A DNA stretch of 64,000 nucleotides from Candidatus Levyibacteriota bacterium (GCA_016186625.1 JACPLG010000003.1:98576-162575); one strand, 5' to 3'. Positions 38,817 to 51,625 are shown, counted from the first letter of the stretch. Numbers and translations: made by a program. Notes: a model not told the origin generated them from the sequence alone.

Positions 38817-39938
38817 TTATTTTTCAAAAGTTTCAATAGAATTAGCCGCACGCAAATAAAGGGCGGCGCTCCACATTTGTTTTTTCTCACCATGACCTCT
38901 TCCATCAATAGGATTATACCATTCATAGAAACCTTCAAGCCGGTCCCAAATAGCCATCTGCTCTCTTGCCAAATCGAAATGTTTCATTTTTACTAAAGCT
39001 AAAATAGCATACCCATGGATAAAAGGCCAAACAACCGAAAATTGATTTGTCCTCTCATGCGGTTGAAATTGGGAAAGCTCATGCGGAAACTGCATATCAT
39101 TTGCTTTGTATCCAAAAGGTGTTTTCATATCCTCCAATTTTTTTATAATTTTCCCATGTCGATCTTCCGGAATAAAATCCCACAGTATCGCAAGCGAGTG
39201 ACCAAGTGTGTCAAAGGTAAAACTTCCAGGAGTATCATTATAAAAATATCCATTCCAGAATTTTTCCTCGATGTTTGTTTGTAATATTGCCGCTTCAGAA
39301 CTCTTACCATTAAGAATATATGCCCTCCAAAGCATAAGATTTACACTAAAAACAAATTTATCAGATAAAGTATAGACAATATCGCGCCAATCAGATCCTA
39401 CAACTAAACCATCCTGCATCAAGTGTTTCTTGATATAGTTAAATGCCTTACTTATATGGGGAACAAGTAAATTATTAACATTGACATCAGCAGTCCTCTC
39501 TATATATTCATAAGAGGCTATAATGAATAAAATTTCGTTATCAGCATACCAAAAAAGCCATCTGCGAAAATTAAGCCGATTGGAGGCAATTGCATACTTC
39601 TGAGACAACATAAGCTTGCGGAATAAAAACTCCCATTCGCTTGCAATTTCTTCTTTGAATAATTTTAGGGCAAAAAGAGTACGATTTTTTGTAAATCTAG
39701 CTGGGATACTCCCTGATCGATGCTGCCTAGCGGCAATAGCGGAAAGATGTTTGAGGGCAATATTGCGATTTTTCAATTCTAGTAATGCGTTAAGACCTGC
39801 TAAAGCAAAATCGCGTGTCCAATATTGATCTCGATAACGATCACAGCCTGCTGAAATACCCAAAGTTCCAATAGAGCAATTAACAATTGATTGTGCCTCT
39901 CGTAACTTGTTTATCCGTTCTTTAAAGTTTAAACTCAT
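38817..39938 (-). CDS. (alpha/alpha)6 glycoside hydrolase (amylo-alpha-1,6-glucosidase/invertase-like)
   Basis: YWTRD, DWRD, VWPF, FYEW, QMWSAA. Confidence 0.75.
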   Translation of the reverse strand: MSLNFKERINKLREAQSIVNCSIGTLGISAGCDRYRDQYWTRDFALAGLNALLELKNRNIALKHLSAIAARQHRSGSIPARFTKNRTLFALKLFKEEIASEWEFLFRKLMLSQKYAIASNRLNFRRWLFWYADNEILFIIASYEYIERTADVNVNNLLVPHISKAFNYIKKHLMQDGLVVGSDWRDIVYTLSDKFVFSVNLMLWRAYILNGKSSEAAILQTNIEEKFWNGYFYNDTPGSFTFDTLGHSLAILWDFIPEDRHGKIIKKLEDMKTPFGYKANDMQFPHELSQFQPHERTNQFSVVWPFIHGYAILALVKMKHFDLAREQMAIWDRLEGFYEWYNPIDGRGHGEKKQMWSAALYLRAANSIETFEK

Positions 39939-40000
39939 ACAAAAACTATTTTTAATAGCAGCAGTTACGGTGGGCTTTCTCCATCATGGGCAATAACATC

Positions 40001-40024
40001 TCCTGCAAGAGTTGCTTTTTCCAT
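40001..40024 (-). pseudogene. msrA 5' stub (MEKATLAG)
   Basis: ATG GAA AAA GCA ACT CTT GCA GGA preceded by TATAAT; matches the start of the longer stub. Confidence 0.5.
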
Positions 40025-40218
40025 ATTATTATTATTATAACGTATAGAAAATTATAGAATGAGGCCGGACAAGAATAATATGAAGTTTTAAAGTTGTTTG
40101 CAATTGGATTTGCAGTAGAATCTACGGGGATTACCATTGCAATTATTTTGTTTGTATTTGCTTATAAATAATTAAAATCTCAAAATTCTCCCAACAATTA
40201 CTCCAATAATGGTTGCAT

Positions 40219-40335
40219 AACCGAGGAAACGCCCTTTAATCTTTTAAAAATAGCTTCCGTGCACCAAAAACACCCGCCTGCCACGGTTGCCCTGGCATAG
40301 CGGGCAGGCCCGCCTGCAAACGTTGCCTTCTCCAC
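40219..40335 (-). pseudogene. msrA 5' fragment with in-frame 36-bp insertion
   Basis: VEKATFAGG[[12 protein letters not shown]][18 protein letters not shown]; 61 bp match 38672-38732 with 5 mismatches. Confidence 0.85.
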
Positions 40336-40352
40336 TAGTTAATTATAGCATC

Positions 40353-41174
40353 CTAGGAGGTCGTTACGCTTTGAGCCGAGTCTACTTCTACTCTTCGGGG
40401 AATTAAATTCTTTCTTCTTCTCGGCCTTTTGACTTCTATTGGCCTGTATTTATCGACATTATCAATCTCAACTCTTGGTTTCATTGATATGACAATTCCT
40501 TCAACAGGAACTCCATCAACAATTAGTTGAGCGAGTCTTCTGTTTCTCCTTGCCTCATCCGTCCTTTGCAGTAAGTGCTCTTTTAAAAATCTCTCATCTA
40601 CTCCTCCGCCAAGAAGAGCGTACCTTATTATTCTAACGGCACTTTGTGGAGTAAGTCTGGTACCATCCGAAGTTTCCAGCTCGCCATCAAACGTCAGTGC
40701 AATAACAGTTCGGGGAACATAAACTTGTCCAGCAGCCTCCTCACCAATTGACTCTTTTATTACTGGATCATCAAACAAAACTTCTCTTTGAGCTACAGCA
40801 TTAACATTAAAATTTCCATGATCGGGATCCCTATGAATACCAATAACTCCTAATTCTCCTGCATATAATATTATCCCTTCTTTAACTTCCGGAAGCCTCT
40901 CATCATGTTGTTGTTCAATCCAAGCTGCTTCTCTACCCATGGTATCAAGAATTACGACTTGATCAGAAGTTATACCTGATGTATCCGTTCCTCTTTCAAC
41001 TCTTAAAGAAACGCCTTGTATGTCCGTTGGCGCATCAACAATTTTGCTACGCCTTGGCTTTGATAATCCTAATTGCTCTTCAGCCCAAGCCTGAACTTCT
41101 GGAGCTATTCCTGTTACTTCCGCTGGAATTGGTGGTCTCTCTCCTACTGCCATAGTCATTGGATTATAGACCAT
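40353..41174 (-). CDS. Hypothetical protein
   Basis: 273-aa ORF, no recognised motif. Confidence 0.6.
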   Translation of the reverse strand: MVYNPMTMAVGERPPIPAEVTGIAPEVQAWAEEQLGLSKPRRSKIVDAPTDIQGVSLRVERGTDTSGITSDQVVILDTMGREAAWIEQQHDERLPEVKEGIILYAGELGVIGIHRDPDHGNFNVNAVAQREVLFDDPVIKESIGEEAAGQVYVPRTVIALTFDGELETSDGTRLTPQSAVRIIRYALLGGGVDERFLKEHLLQRTDEARRNRRLAQLIVDGVPVEGIVISMKPRVEIDNVDKYRPIEVKRPRRRKNLIPRRVEVDSAQSVTTS

Positions 41175-41231
41175 AAACTTAATCTGTCAAGCAAGGATCA
41201 AACCATCAAACTTTTATGCTATAATTTAGCC

Positions 41232-41840
41232 ATGAAAAACACTTTTTCTCCTAGCGTGTTTTTTGATTTGTCAGACTTCAAACATAAGGAGATTTTTGAA
41301 GTAGAGAATGTTTGGGAGACAGTTTCAAAAATTTCTGATTTTATACGCAACAATAATGGGCCAAAGAATGTTGTCATAGGAAAAGGAACAGTTATTGAGG
41401 AAGGCGCTTTGATTAAAGGTCTGGCAATAATTGGTGATAATTGCTTTATTGCCCACGGAGCTTATATCAGAGAAGGTGCAATAATTGGTGACAATGTAAA
41501 AATTGGCCATTGCGTTGAGATTAAAAATAGCGTTATTCTTAATAATACCAATGTTGCCCACTTCAACTATGTAGGAGACAGCATAGTAGGAAACGATGTA
41601 AATATTGGCGGTGGAGCAATTATTGCTAACTTTAGGCTTGATGGTCAAACAATAAAAATTAAATACAATGGGAAGCATTTTGACACTAATCTTAAAAAGC
41701 TTGGTGCAATTGTAGGAGATAAAAGCAAAATTGGCGTAAACTCAGTTTTGAATCCCGGGACAATTCTCTCCAGAAACTCCAAAGTTTTTCCATTAACCAG
41801 TGTTTTTGGAACTCATTTTAACGAAGATGTAATCAAATGA
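41232..41840 (+). CDS. Hexapeptide-repeat (LbH) GlmU-like acetyltransferase domain protein
   Basis: EIKNS, HFNYVGDSIVG, KLGAIVGD, NSVLNPG; start after TGCTATAAT. Confidence 0.85.
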   Translation: MKNTFSPSVFFDLSDFKHKEIFEVENVWETVSKISDFIRNNNGPKNVVIGKGTVIEEGALIKGLAIIGDNCFIAHGAYIREGAIIGDNVKIGHCVEIKNSVILNNTNVAHFNYVGDSIVGNDVNIGGGAIIANFRLDGQTIKIKYNGKHFDTNLKKLGAIVGDKSKIGVNSVLNPGTILSRNSKVFPLTSVFGTHFNEDVIK

Positions 41841-42454
41841 GAGGCAAAAGAATAATCCTATTTGACATTGATGGAACTATTTTTGATGCTTTATCATTTA
41901 TAGAAGGCTTCTATCAGACTATTTCTCAAGTTTTTAATTTATCAGATCAAGATATTGGTAAGATAAAAAAAATCTACAAAAAGACTAAAGAAAAATATGA
42001 CTATTTTTATCCCCCTTATTTTGAAAGCAAAATCACAAAGATATTTCCTAAAATTCTGGGAGATGAACTTCATAAAATCCTTTGGAATGTTGATTTATTT
42101 GAAAAAAACGTGTATAAAGACGCTTCTGCTATTAATAGCTTAACAAACATAGTAATTGGAATACTCTCAAAAGGAGATTCCGATTTCCAGAGACAAAAAA
42201 TAAAATTCATAAAAAACTTAGCAGAAGAAAACATTCATGTTTTTAAGAATAAAATTGAAAATCTTGGGCAGGTTTTAAAAAAATACAATGATTATGAAAT
42301 CTTTCTTGTGGATAATGAGACTGAGGTCTTAAGAAAGGCAAAAGCTCTAAATCGCAGCGTTATTACAATACTTATTAATAGGAATGGTAAACAACAGGAA
42401 GATAATGGGATTATTAAGATAAAAAATCTTGAAGAGATTAAAAAAATAATATGA
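41837..42454 (+). CDS. HAD-superfamily hydrolase
   Basis: FDIDGT, SKGD..FQ..K, LVDN. Confidence 0.8.
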   Translation: MRGKRIILFDIDGTIFDALSFIEGFYQTISQVFNLSDQDIGKIKKIYKKTKEKYDYFYPPYFESKITKIFPKILGDELHKILWNVDLFEKNVYKDASAINSLTNIVIGILSKGDSDFQRQKIKFIKNLAEENIHVFKNKIENLGQVLKKYNDYEIFLVDNETEVLRKAKALNRSVITILINRNGKQQEDNGIIKIKNLEEIKKII

Positions 42455-43440
42455 CAAAAATTCCAAAAGTTGTAACAATTGGCGGAGGCACAGGAAGTTA
42501 TGTTACTTTAATGGGACTTAAAAAGTATGATTTTAAGTTGACCGCAATAGTAACAATGACTGACACAGGAGGGTCAAGCGGAAAACTGCGAGATGAACTT
42601 GGAGTACTTCCTCCGGGAGACGTAAGGCAATGTCTTGTTGCTCTTTCTGAATCTTCCAAACTTTTGCGGGACATGTTTAATTACAGATTTGAGGAAGGCG
42701 CATTAAAGGGTCACAGTTTTGGAAATATTTTCTTATCAACTCTTGAAAAAAATACGGGGAGCATGAAAAAGTCAATTTCTGAGATTGGGAAAATTCTTCG
42801 AATTAAAGGTAGTGTTGTTCCTATCACATTTACAAAAAATACAAATCTTTGTGTTGATCTTTCGGATGGAAAAACTATTGTTGGAGAAACCCACATTGAT
42901 GTTGTTGAAAAAATGCAGCACAGAGCAAGAATTGTTAGGGCTTATCTAAAGCCGGAAGCACAGCTTAATAATGATGCAAAATTAGCTATTGAAAAAGCGG
43001 ATTTTATTGTCATAGGACCAGGGGACTTATACACAAGTATAATCCCAAATATTCTTGTCAAGGATGTTCCTAATGTTATCAAAAGTTCAAAAGCCAAGAA
43101 AATATTTGTAATGAACTTAATGACAAAATTTGGCCAAACAACTAACTATAGCGCCCGGGATCACATTGATGCTTTGGAAAAAACCTTAGGAAAAGGAATA
43201 CTTAATTATGTCTTGATAAATTCAAAGTTGCCTCGCCGGACAACCTTAGCCTGGTATGAAGAATATGGAGAAGAACCGGTTGCAGATGATTTAACGAAAA
43301 CAGATTTTAAAGTAATTAGAAAAAGTCTAATAAGAGATGTCATTATTAAGGCAGATGAAAACGACGCGCTGAGGAGGGGAATTATCAGACATGATCCGGA
43401 AAAATTAGCAAAAGAAATTATTAGGATAATCTATGGATAA
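42451..43440 (+). CDS. YvcK/GlmR (UPF0052) family protein
   Basis: IGGGTG, DTGGSSG.LR, PPGD.R, GPGDLYTSIIPN, RHDP.KLA. Confidence 0.92.
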   Translation: MTKIPKVVTIGGGTGSYVTLMGLKKYDFKLTAIVTMTDTGGSSGKLRDELGVLPPGDVRQCLVALSESSKLLRDMFNYRFEEGALKGHSFGNIFLSTLEKNTGSMKKSISEIGKILRIKGSVVPITFTKNTNLCVDLSDGKTIVGETHIDVVEKMQHRARIVRAYLKPEAQLNNDAKLAIEKADFIVIGPGDLYTSIIPNILVKDVPNVIKSSKAKKIFVMNLMTKFGQTTNYSARDHIDALEKTLGKGILNYVLINSKLPRRTTLAWYEEYGEEPVADDLTKTDFKVIRKSLIRDVIIKADENDALRRGIIRHDPEKLAKEIIRIIYG

Positions 43441-43540
43441 AAAAAACGAATATAACTGGCTTAAAACTTTAACAATAGGTTTTGGGGTTGCTTCTTTAGG
43501 AATTGCACTGGCAATTTTTCTCTATTTTATTTCAAACTAA
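43433..43540 (+). CDS. 35-aa single-TM peptide
   Basis: MDKKNEYNWLKTLTIGFGVASLGIALAIFLYFISN*; overlaps preceding stop. Confidence 0.4.
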   Translation: MDKKNEYNWLKTLTIGFGVASLGIALAIFLYFISN

Positions 43541-44043
43541 ACTTTAAATAATCTTCCTACAACTAATCCTATTAAAGTTGCCGCGCCTCCTAAAATAAAA
43601 ATTTCAATTGCACTTTTAAAAGGATTGACTTTAACAATATGAGCTTTAAGATAACCAAGAATGAATAATCCACATAATGCAAAAACTACGCTAATAGTTA
43701 TGGATAACGGAAGTTTAAATAAGATTATTGGCGTCAGCGGAACAAGACCTCCTAGAAAATAAGAGAAAAACATGAGGCCTCCAACAAGATATAAGTTGTC
43801 TGTGTGTTTTCCTGATTTATCCATTTGATGAACTGCCTTCTCGCTCATGTATTGTCCTGCTCCCATAGATAAAGACTCTACTGTAATTGTGACTAGTCCT
43901 GCAAGAATTACCAGTTCTTTGCTGTTACTTCCGGCCGCAACTCCTGCAATTACTCCGGTAGTTGAAACTAATGAATCTTGAAAACCGAATATGATACTTC
44001 TTAGATAATCTTCATGCATATCTAAATTTCCTAAAAATCTCAT
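43537..44043 (-). CDS. VIT1/CCC1 family transporter
   Basis: IIFGFQDSLVST, SMGAGQY.S, GGLVPL. Confidence 0.88.
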   Translation of the reverse strand: MRFLGNLDMHEDYLRSIIFGFQDSLVSTTGVIAGVAAGSNSKELVILAGLVTITVESLSMGAGQYMSEKAVHQMDKSGKHTDNLYLVGGLMFFSYFLGGLVPLTPIILFKLPLSITISVVFALCGLFILGYLKAHIVKVNPFKSAIEIFILGGAATLIGLVVGRLFKV

Positions 44044-44096
44044 CTTTTATATTTTAACAAATTGACAAACTATTTATATTCTGGAATAATTTTTAA

Positions 44097-44270
44097 ATGG
44101 CAAAGCCTAGAAAGAATTATGGAAAAAGGCCTCTTTGGCAATGGGTTGTTTTTTATCTAATTATTGGAGGGGTGATATATGCGCTGATTTACTATTCAGG
44201 AGTTATTAAGGCAGGAAATAACAATTATTCTACGAATTATGATTCAGCCCTCTACGACTTAGTGGAGTAA
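44097..44270 (+). CDS. 57-aa single-TM protein (not in ORF track)
   Basis: MAKPRKNYGKRPLWQWVVFYLIIGGVIYALIYY...; TTGACA upstream. Confidence 0.6.
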   Translation: MAKPRKNYGKRPLWQWVVFYLIIGGVIYALIYYSGVIKAGNNNYSTNYDSALYDLVE

Positions 44271-44319
44271 AAATCATAGTTTACATCCCGTCCTCTTGGT
44301 AATATACTACATAGCATTG

Positions 44320-44739
44320 ATGGAATTTATTAAGAAAAATTTTGCGCAGCTTGCTCTTCTTCAGGCCCTCTTAGCAACTTTAGGCAGTCTTTATTTTAGT
44401 GAAATTTTAAAATTTCCTCCCTGTGTCCTTTGCTGGTATCAGCGAATTTTCATGTACCCTTTGGTAGTAATTCTTGCTGTCGGAATTTGGAAAAAGGATA
44501 AGAATCTTCCCTATTTTGTTTTACCTCTTAGCGTCTTAGGAGCGGCTACGGCAATTTATCATAACCTCTTATACTATAAAATTATCCCTGAGTCGCAAGC
44601 GCCTTGCACTCTTGGAATCTCATGCACAACTAAATTTATTGAGTGGGCGGGGTTTATAACAATTCCATTTTTGTCTTTGTCTTCTTTTATAACAATTACA
44701 ATCCTAATGCTTCTTTACAAAAAATATTCAAAATCTTAG
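44320..44739 (+). CDS. DsbB/BdbC disulfide bond formation protein
   Basis: GSLYFSE, PCVLCWYQRIFMYP, C....SC, ITIPFLS. Confidence 0.9.
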   Translation: MEFIKKNFAQLALLQALLATLGSLYFSEILKFPPCVLCWYQRIFMYPLVVILAVGIWKKDKNLPYFVLPLSVLGAATAIYHNLLYYKIIPESQAPCTLGISCTTKFIEWAGFITIPFLSLSSFITITILMLLYKKYSKS

Positions 44740-44749
44740 AAATATCTTT

Positions 44750-45145
44750 ATGGAACTTTTGATAAACTCTGTGACTAAGGATCAAGTTATTGATATTACC
44801 CAAAAAGTGAGCAAATTAATTTCGGAAAAAAATTTTAAAAAGGGGATCTGTTCTATTTTTGTAAAACACACAACCTGTGCAGTTACTACTGCAGATCTTG
44901 ATCCGGGAACAGACAAAGATCTGATTAATTTTCTTAGAAAAATCTCTCCAAATATTTCCTATAATCATCCTCATGATCCCACTCATACTCCTGACCATCT
45001 TCTTTCATCAGTGATTGGAACCAGTGTGGCAATACCTGTTGAGAATAGGGAACTTGAATTGGGAACATGGCAAAGAATTATTTTGGTAGAATTGAATGGC
45101 CCAAAGCAAAGAAAAATAAAAATAAGTTTTTTAGAAGAAACATAA
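44750..45145 (+). CDS. yjbQ: YjbQ (UPF0047) family protein
   Basis: HTT, H..S, LGTWQ.I...E..GP. Confidence 0.88.
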   Translation: MELLINSVTKDQVIDITQKVSKLISEKNFKKGICSIFVKHTTCAVTTADLDPGTDKDLINFLRKISPNISYNHPHDPTHTPDHLLSSVIGTSVAIPVENRELELGTWQRIILVELNGPKQRKIKISFLEET

Positions 45146-45216
45146 TCCATTTTGCGACAGGCAAATGTTACAAAATGGACAAAAAATCTAGGGAAAATAA
45201 GAAAAGATCTAGCCTA

Positions 45217-46299
45217 TTAACCTAAATAATCTTTGAGTTTGTTTCCACGGGAGGGGTGGCGAAGTTTTCGCAAAGACTTTGCTTCAATTTGTCTTATTCG
45301 CTCTCTGGTTACCGCAAACATTTTTCCTACTTCTTCCAAAGTTTTTGGACGTCCGTCTTTTAGTCCAAATCTTTCTTCTAAAACTCGTCTTTCCCTGTCA
45401 GATAATGTTCCTAAAACCTGGTCCACCTGTTCTTTCAAAAGTTCCCTACTGGCAGAGTCAAAAAGAGTGGGTGCAGCAGCATCATGGATAAAATCTCCAA
45501 GTCGCGAATCCTCTTCATCAGAAACCGGTGACTCAAGGCTTGCCGGTTCTTGAGAAATTTTTATAATTTCAAGTGCTTTATCAGGATCAATCTCCAAAAC
45601 TTTTGCAACTTCCTCTGGAGTTGGTTCACGGCCTAATTCTTGCATTAATTTTCTTGAGGCTCGCAAAAATCTATTGATATTCTCAACCATATGTACCGGA
45701 ATTCTAATTGTTCGCGCCTGATCTGCAATTGCACGAGTAATGGACTGCCTAATCCACCAAGTTGCGTAAGTTGAAAATTTAAATCCTCTTCTCCAATCAT
45801 ATTTTTCAACTGCCCTAATTAAACCCTGATTCCCCTCCTGAATTAAATCAAGTAAAGTGAGTCCGCGGCCAACATATTTTTTGGCAATTGAAACAACCAA
45901 ACGAAGATTTGAATTAACTAATATTTTTTTTGCTTCCTCGTCTCCCTTCTCTACTCTTTTGGCAAGAATTATTTCCTGATCAAAATTAAGAAGTGGAATC
46001 CTTCCAATTTCCTTAAGATACATTCTGACAGGATCACTTACTGTTCCTTCTGTAAGAACAGTAAGTGCTTCCAACTCTTTTTCTAAATCTTCTATTGGCT
46101 TTTCATTTTCTGCTCCTTCTGCTACCGATTCAAAAACATCAATATCCGACTTTAATAATTTATCGTACAAAGAATCCAACTCTTGGATGTGTTCCTCAGG
46201 TTTTGGAAAAATTGATAGAATTTCCTCCTGGGTTATGTACCCTCGTTTTTTTGCTGAATTAACAATATCTTGTAAAATATCTGGGATATTTTTTGTCAT
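45217..46299 (-). CDS. rpoD: RNA polymerase primary sigma factor
   Basis: [44 protein letters not shown]. Confidence 0.97.
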   Translation of the reverse strand: MTKNIPDILQDIVNSAKKRGYITQEEILSIFPKPEEHIQELDSLYDKLLKSDIDVFESVAEGAENEKPIEDLEKELEALTVLTEGTVSDPVRMYLKEIGRIPLLNFDQEIILAKRVEKGDEEAKKILVNSNLRLVVSIAKKYVGRGLTLLDLIQEGNQGLIRAVEKYDWRRGFKFSTYATWWIRQSITRAIADQARTIRIPVHMVENINRFLRASRKLMQELGREPTPEEVAKVLEIDPDKALEIIKISQEPASLESPVSDEEDSRLGDFIHDAAAPTLFDSASRELLKEQVDQVLGTLSDRERRVLEERFGLKDGRPKTLEEVGKMFAVTRERIRQIEAKSLRKLRHPSRGNKLKDYLG

Positions 46300-46335
46300 A
46301 GTAATATTTTAACACAGAAGCTTCTCAATTTAAAG

Positions 46336-48087
46336 CTAAGCCGAGGCAATTTGAGAGACAATAGCTGAGATTTCTTCTCGAAGTTTTTTTATTTCCCAAT
46401 CATTCTTTTTTGTATTTTTAAAAGTTTCACTTATTTCTCTTATTCTGTTTTTGAGAAAAAAAACCCTAAGCTCTTTAGAAACTTTTATTGCTTCTTCGCT
46501 CACTTTTTCTGCATTTTCAAATTTTGGTAAAAGCATCAAAAAACACTTATCAAAAACAGGAAGAAGCTCTTTTGCCAAATTTTTAGATAGGTTCTTTATA
46601 TCAAACTGTTTAAATTTTTTAGACAGAATAAGAAATTCTGAAAGAATTTTCCCTATACTGGGGACTAAAAACTCATAATTTATAAGGATTTCTTTTGATT
46701 TTAGATATTCGTCTTTTGGATTTTTGCTTTGAATAATTAAAGCAAGCAAATATTCTTCAAGCATTTCACGTCTATCTAATTTTTTAAGTTTTTGAAAAAC
46801 TTTCTCATTTTTCCCTTCAGTTTTTCTATCTAATTGTCTAAGAAGAGATTCATATGAAGTGTTTACTTCCCTACTTAACTTCTTAAGGTAATGTTCTTTG
46901 ACAATTTCATTTTGGATCATGGAGATTAACGGAAGTAATTCATCGGTTACTGCTTTTTTACCACTTGCTGAGTTTATATCATTTTCGGAAGTTAGTTTTG
47001 AAATAAAAAAATCATAAATTTCTATATCATTCTTGATTGCTTTTTTAAATGCCGAAGGATTCTTTTTTATTGCCTCGTCTGGATCTTTTCCTGAAGGGAC
47101 TATTACTGAGACCATAAGTCCCCTTTTTTCCAAAAAAGGTATGCTTCTTTTCATTGCCAAAATCCCGGCTGAATCTTGATCAAGACAAAGTGCAGTTTTA
47201 GGAGCAAAACGGGAAAGTAAAAGTGCCTGAGGCTCTGTTAGTGCTGTGCCTTTGAGCGCTACAACATTTGTGATTCCTTCTTTGTATGCTGAGATAACAT
47301 CAAACTCGCCTTCCATAACTATTGTTGATCCCTGCTTTTTAATTTCATCTTTTGCCAAATTCAATCCAAAAAACATACCGCCCTTGTGGTATACAAGTGT
47401 ATCTTTGGTGTTTATGTATTTAGGTCCAAAATCTTTCTCAGTTAGAGTTCTTCCGGAAAATCCAGCCACATTGCCTCTATGATCAATTAGAGGAAAAATA
47501 ATTCTTCCTCTAAAAAAATCAATGACTCTATTTTCTCTTTGGAACGAAAGTCCTGCTTCAATTAGATCATTTTTGCTAAATTTCTTTTTATTAATTAGAT
47601 AGTTGGACAGGTCTTCTCCCCTAAAAGGAGCAAAACCGATATTAAAAGTTTTAATTAACTTATCTGTAAGTTTTCTATGCTTAACCAAATACTCCAATGC
47701 TTCTTTTCCTGCAGAGTGCTTTGTCAAAACAAAATTATAATATTCAGCCGCCAATTTATTCAAAGAATAAATAAGTTCTTTTTTGGAAGAGGAAAAAGGC
47801 GTACCGTAAGTTTTAATCTCAATCCCTGCTTTTTTGCCTAAAATTCTAAGGGCTTCGATAAATTCCAAATTTTCATATTCCATGAGAAACGTGAAGGCAT
47901 CTCCTCCTTTTCCGCAGCCAAAACAATGCCAAATCTGCCTCTCAGGAGAAACAACAAAGGAAGGAGTATTTTCGCTGTGAAAAGGACAAATTGTCGTAAA
48001 ATTCCTTCCCATTTTTTTTAGAGGAAGGTATTCGGAAATAAATCCAACAATGTCTATTTTTTCGCGAACTCGGGATGCCTGGTCCAT
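46336..48087 (-). CDS. dnaG: DNA primase
   Basis: CPFH..CFGC zinc finger, PKYIN, EGEFD, D.D.AG, KDPDE. Confidence 0.97.
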   Translation of the reverse strand: MDQASRVREKIDIVGFISEYLPLKKMGRNFTTICPFHSENTPSFVVSPERQIWHCFGCGKGGDAFTFLMEYENLEFIEALRILGKKAGIEIKTYGTPFSSSKKELIYSLNKLAAEYYNFVLTKHSAGKEALEYLVKHRKLTDKLIKTFNIGFAPFRGEDLSNYLINKKKFSKNDLIEAGLSFQRENRVIDFFRGRIIFPLIDHRGNVAGFSGRTLTEKDFGPKYINTKDTLVYHKGGMFFGLNLAKDEIKKQGSTIVMEGEFDVISAYKEGITNVVALKGTALTEPQALLLSRFAPKTALCLDQDSAGILAMKRSIPFLEKRGLMVSVIVPSGKDPDEAIKKNPSAFKKAIKNDIEIYDFFISKLTSENDINSASGKKAVTDELLPLISMIQNEIVKEHYLKKLSREVNTSYESLLRQLDRKTEGKNEKVFQKLKKLDRREMLEEYLLALIIQSKNPKDEYLKSKEILINYEFLVPSIGKILSEFLILSKKFKQFDIKNLSKNLAKELLPVFDKCFLMLLPKFENAEKVSEEAIKVSKELRVFFLKNRIREISETFKNTKKNDWEIKKLREEISAIVSQIASA

Positions 48088-48201
48088 ATCCTGAAAATTT
48101 CTAAATCCTAATTTCTAATTTCTAAACATTTAGGTTAATTAGGTCAATTTCTTGGCTATTGTACCACGCCTAACTTGCAAGTGCGAGTCAAGTTGGGGTA
48201 A

Positions 48202-50239
<2,038 letters not shown>

Positions 50240-50266
50240 GGAAGATATACCTGGTATATTAGTCCT

Positions 50267-51625
50267 ATGATATCGAAAATGAAAAACCTAATTAATACTC
50301 TAAATGCAATCTCTCCGATTGACGGAAGGTATAGAAATCATGTTGAAGAATTATCGGATTACTCATCTGAGTTTGCTTTTATTAAATATCGAACAGAAAT
50401 TGAAATCCGCTATTTGATCGCTCTTTCTAAAATCGGAATATTTCGAAAATTAAGTAATAACGAACAAAAAATTTTCAATAAGCTGATTGAAAATCTTGAC
50501 ATTGATGAGGCAGAAAAAGTTAAAGATATCGAAGAAACCACACGACACGATGTTAAAGCTATCGAGTACTATCTTAAAGAAAAACTTTCAAACACAACTC
50601 TCTCAGATATTTTAGAATTCATTCATTTTGGCCTCACTTCGGAGGATGTAAATAATCTGGCAATTAGACTCATGTTAAAAGATGCAATCCAAATTGTTAT
50701 TTTGAAGAAATTACAAAACTTAAGTAAGGAAATTTTAAATCAAACAAACAAATACAAAAAACTCCCAATGCTTGGAAGAACTCATGGACAGGCAGCGCTC
50801 CCAACAACTCTAGGAAAGGAGTTTTTAGTTTTTTACGAAAGAATTAATATCGAACTAAAGATACTGCAAGCTTTCAAATTAAAGGGAAAGTTAAATGGCG
50901 CTGTTGGTAATTATAGCGCGCTAAATTTTGCCTATCCCAAAATTGACTGGAGAAAATTTTCAAAAGACTTTGTTACTTCTTTTGGTTTGGAAGTGAATCA
51001 AACAACAAATCAAATTGCGCCTTATGAGGATATAATTTATATTTTTCAAACTCTTCAGAGAATAAACGGGATTTTGCTTGATTTTAATCAGGACATGTGG
51101 CGATATATTTCAGATGGATGGTTAATCCAAGAAAATAAAAAGGGAGAAATTGGCTCCTCAACAATGCCCCAGAAAATAAATCCGATTATGTTTGAAAATA
51201 GTGAAGGAAACTTGATAATTGCCAACTCATTAATCGAAGGGTTTACGAGTAAACTTCCACTCTCTCGTTTGCAACGCGATTTATCAAATAGCACAATTTC
51301 AAGAAATTTCGGACTAACCCTTGCCTATTGTTTATTGGCCTACAAGAATTGTTTATCAGGACTGCTTCGCATCAAAGTAAACGAGAATAAGATTATTGAC
51401 GACCTAAACAGTGATTGGTCAATTCTTTCGGAAGCGGTTCAAATTTATCTTAAGAAACAAGGAGTTAAAAAAGGATATGAAATATTAAAAGACTTAACTC
51501 GGGGAGAAAAAATGGGCAGAGATGATTTTCTAAGAATGGTTGATAAACTTCCGCTCAATAAAAATCAGAAAGACGAACTTAAAAAGTTAACTCCTCAAAA
51601 CTATATCGGTATTACTTATCCATAA
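50267..51625 (+). CDS. purB: Adenylosuccinate lyase
   Basis: SPIDGRY, HFGLTSED, RTHGQ, GSSTMPQKINP, SRLQRDL. Confidence 0.96.
   Translation: MISKMKNLINTLNAISPIDGRYRNHVEELSDYSSEFAFIKYRTEIEIRYLIALSKIGIFRKLSNNEQKIFNKLIENLDIDEAEKVKDIEETTRHDVKAIEYYLKEKLSNTTLSDILEFIHFGLTSEDVNNLAIRLMLKDAIQIVILKKLQNLSKEILNQTNKYKKLPMLGRTHGQAALPTTLGKEFLVFYERINIELKILQAFKLKGKLNGAVGNYSALNFAYPKIDWRKFSKDFVTSFGLEVNQTTNQIAPYEDIIYIFQTLQRINGILLDFNQDMWRYISDGWLIQENKKGEIGSSTMPQKINPIMFENSEGNLIIANSLIEGFTSKLPLSRLQRDLSNSTISRNFGLTLAYCLLAYKNCLSGLLRIKVNENKIIDDLNSDWSILSEAVQIYLKKQGVKKGYEILKDLTRGEKMGRDDFLRMVDKLPLNKNQKDELKKLTPQNYIGITYP

Noticed and set aside
39952-40137. 61-aa minus-strand ORF
   Set aside because: It spans an msrA stub and AT-rich filler and has no recognisable features.
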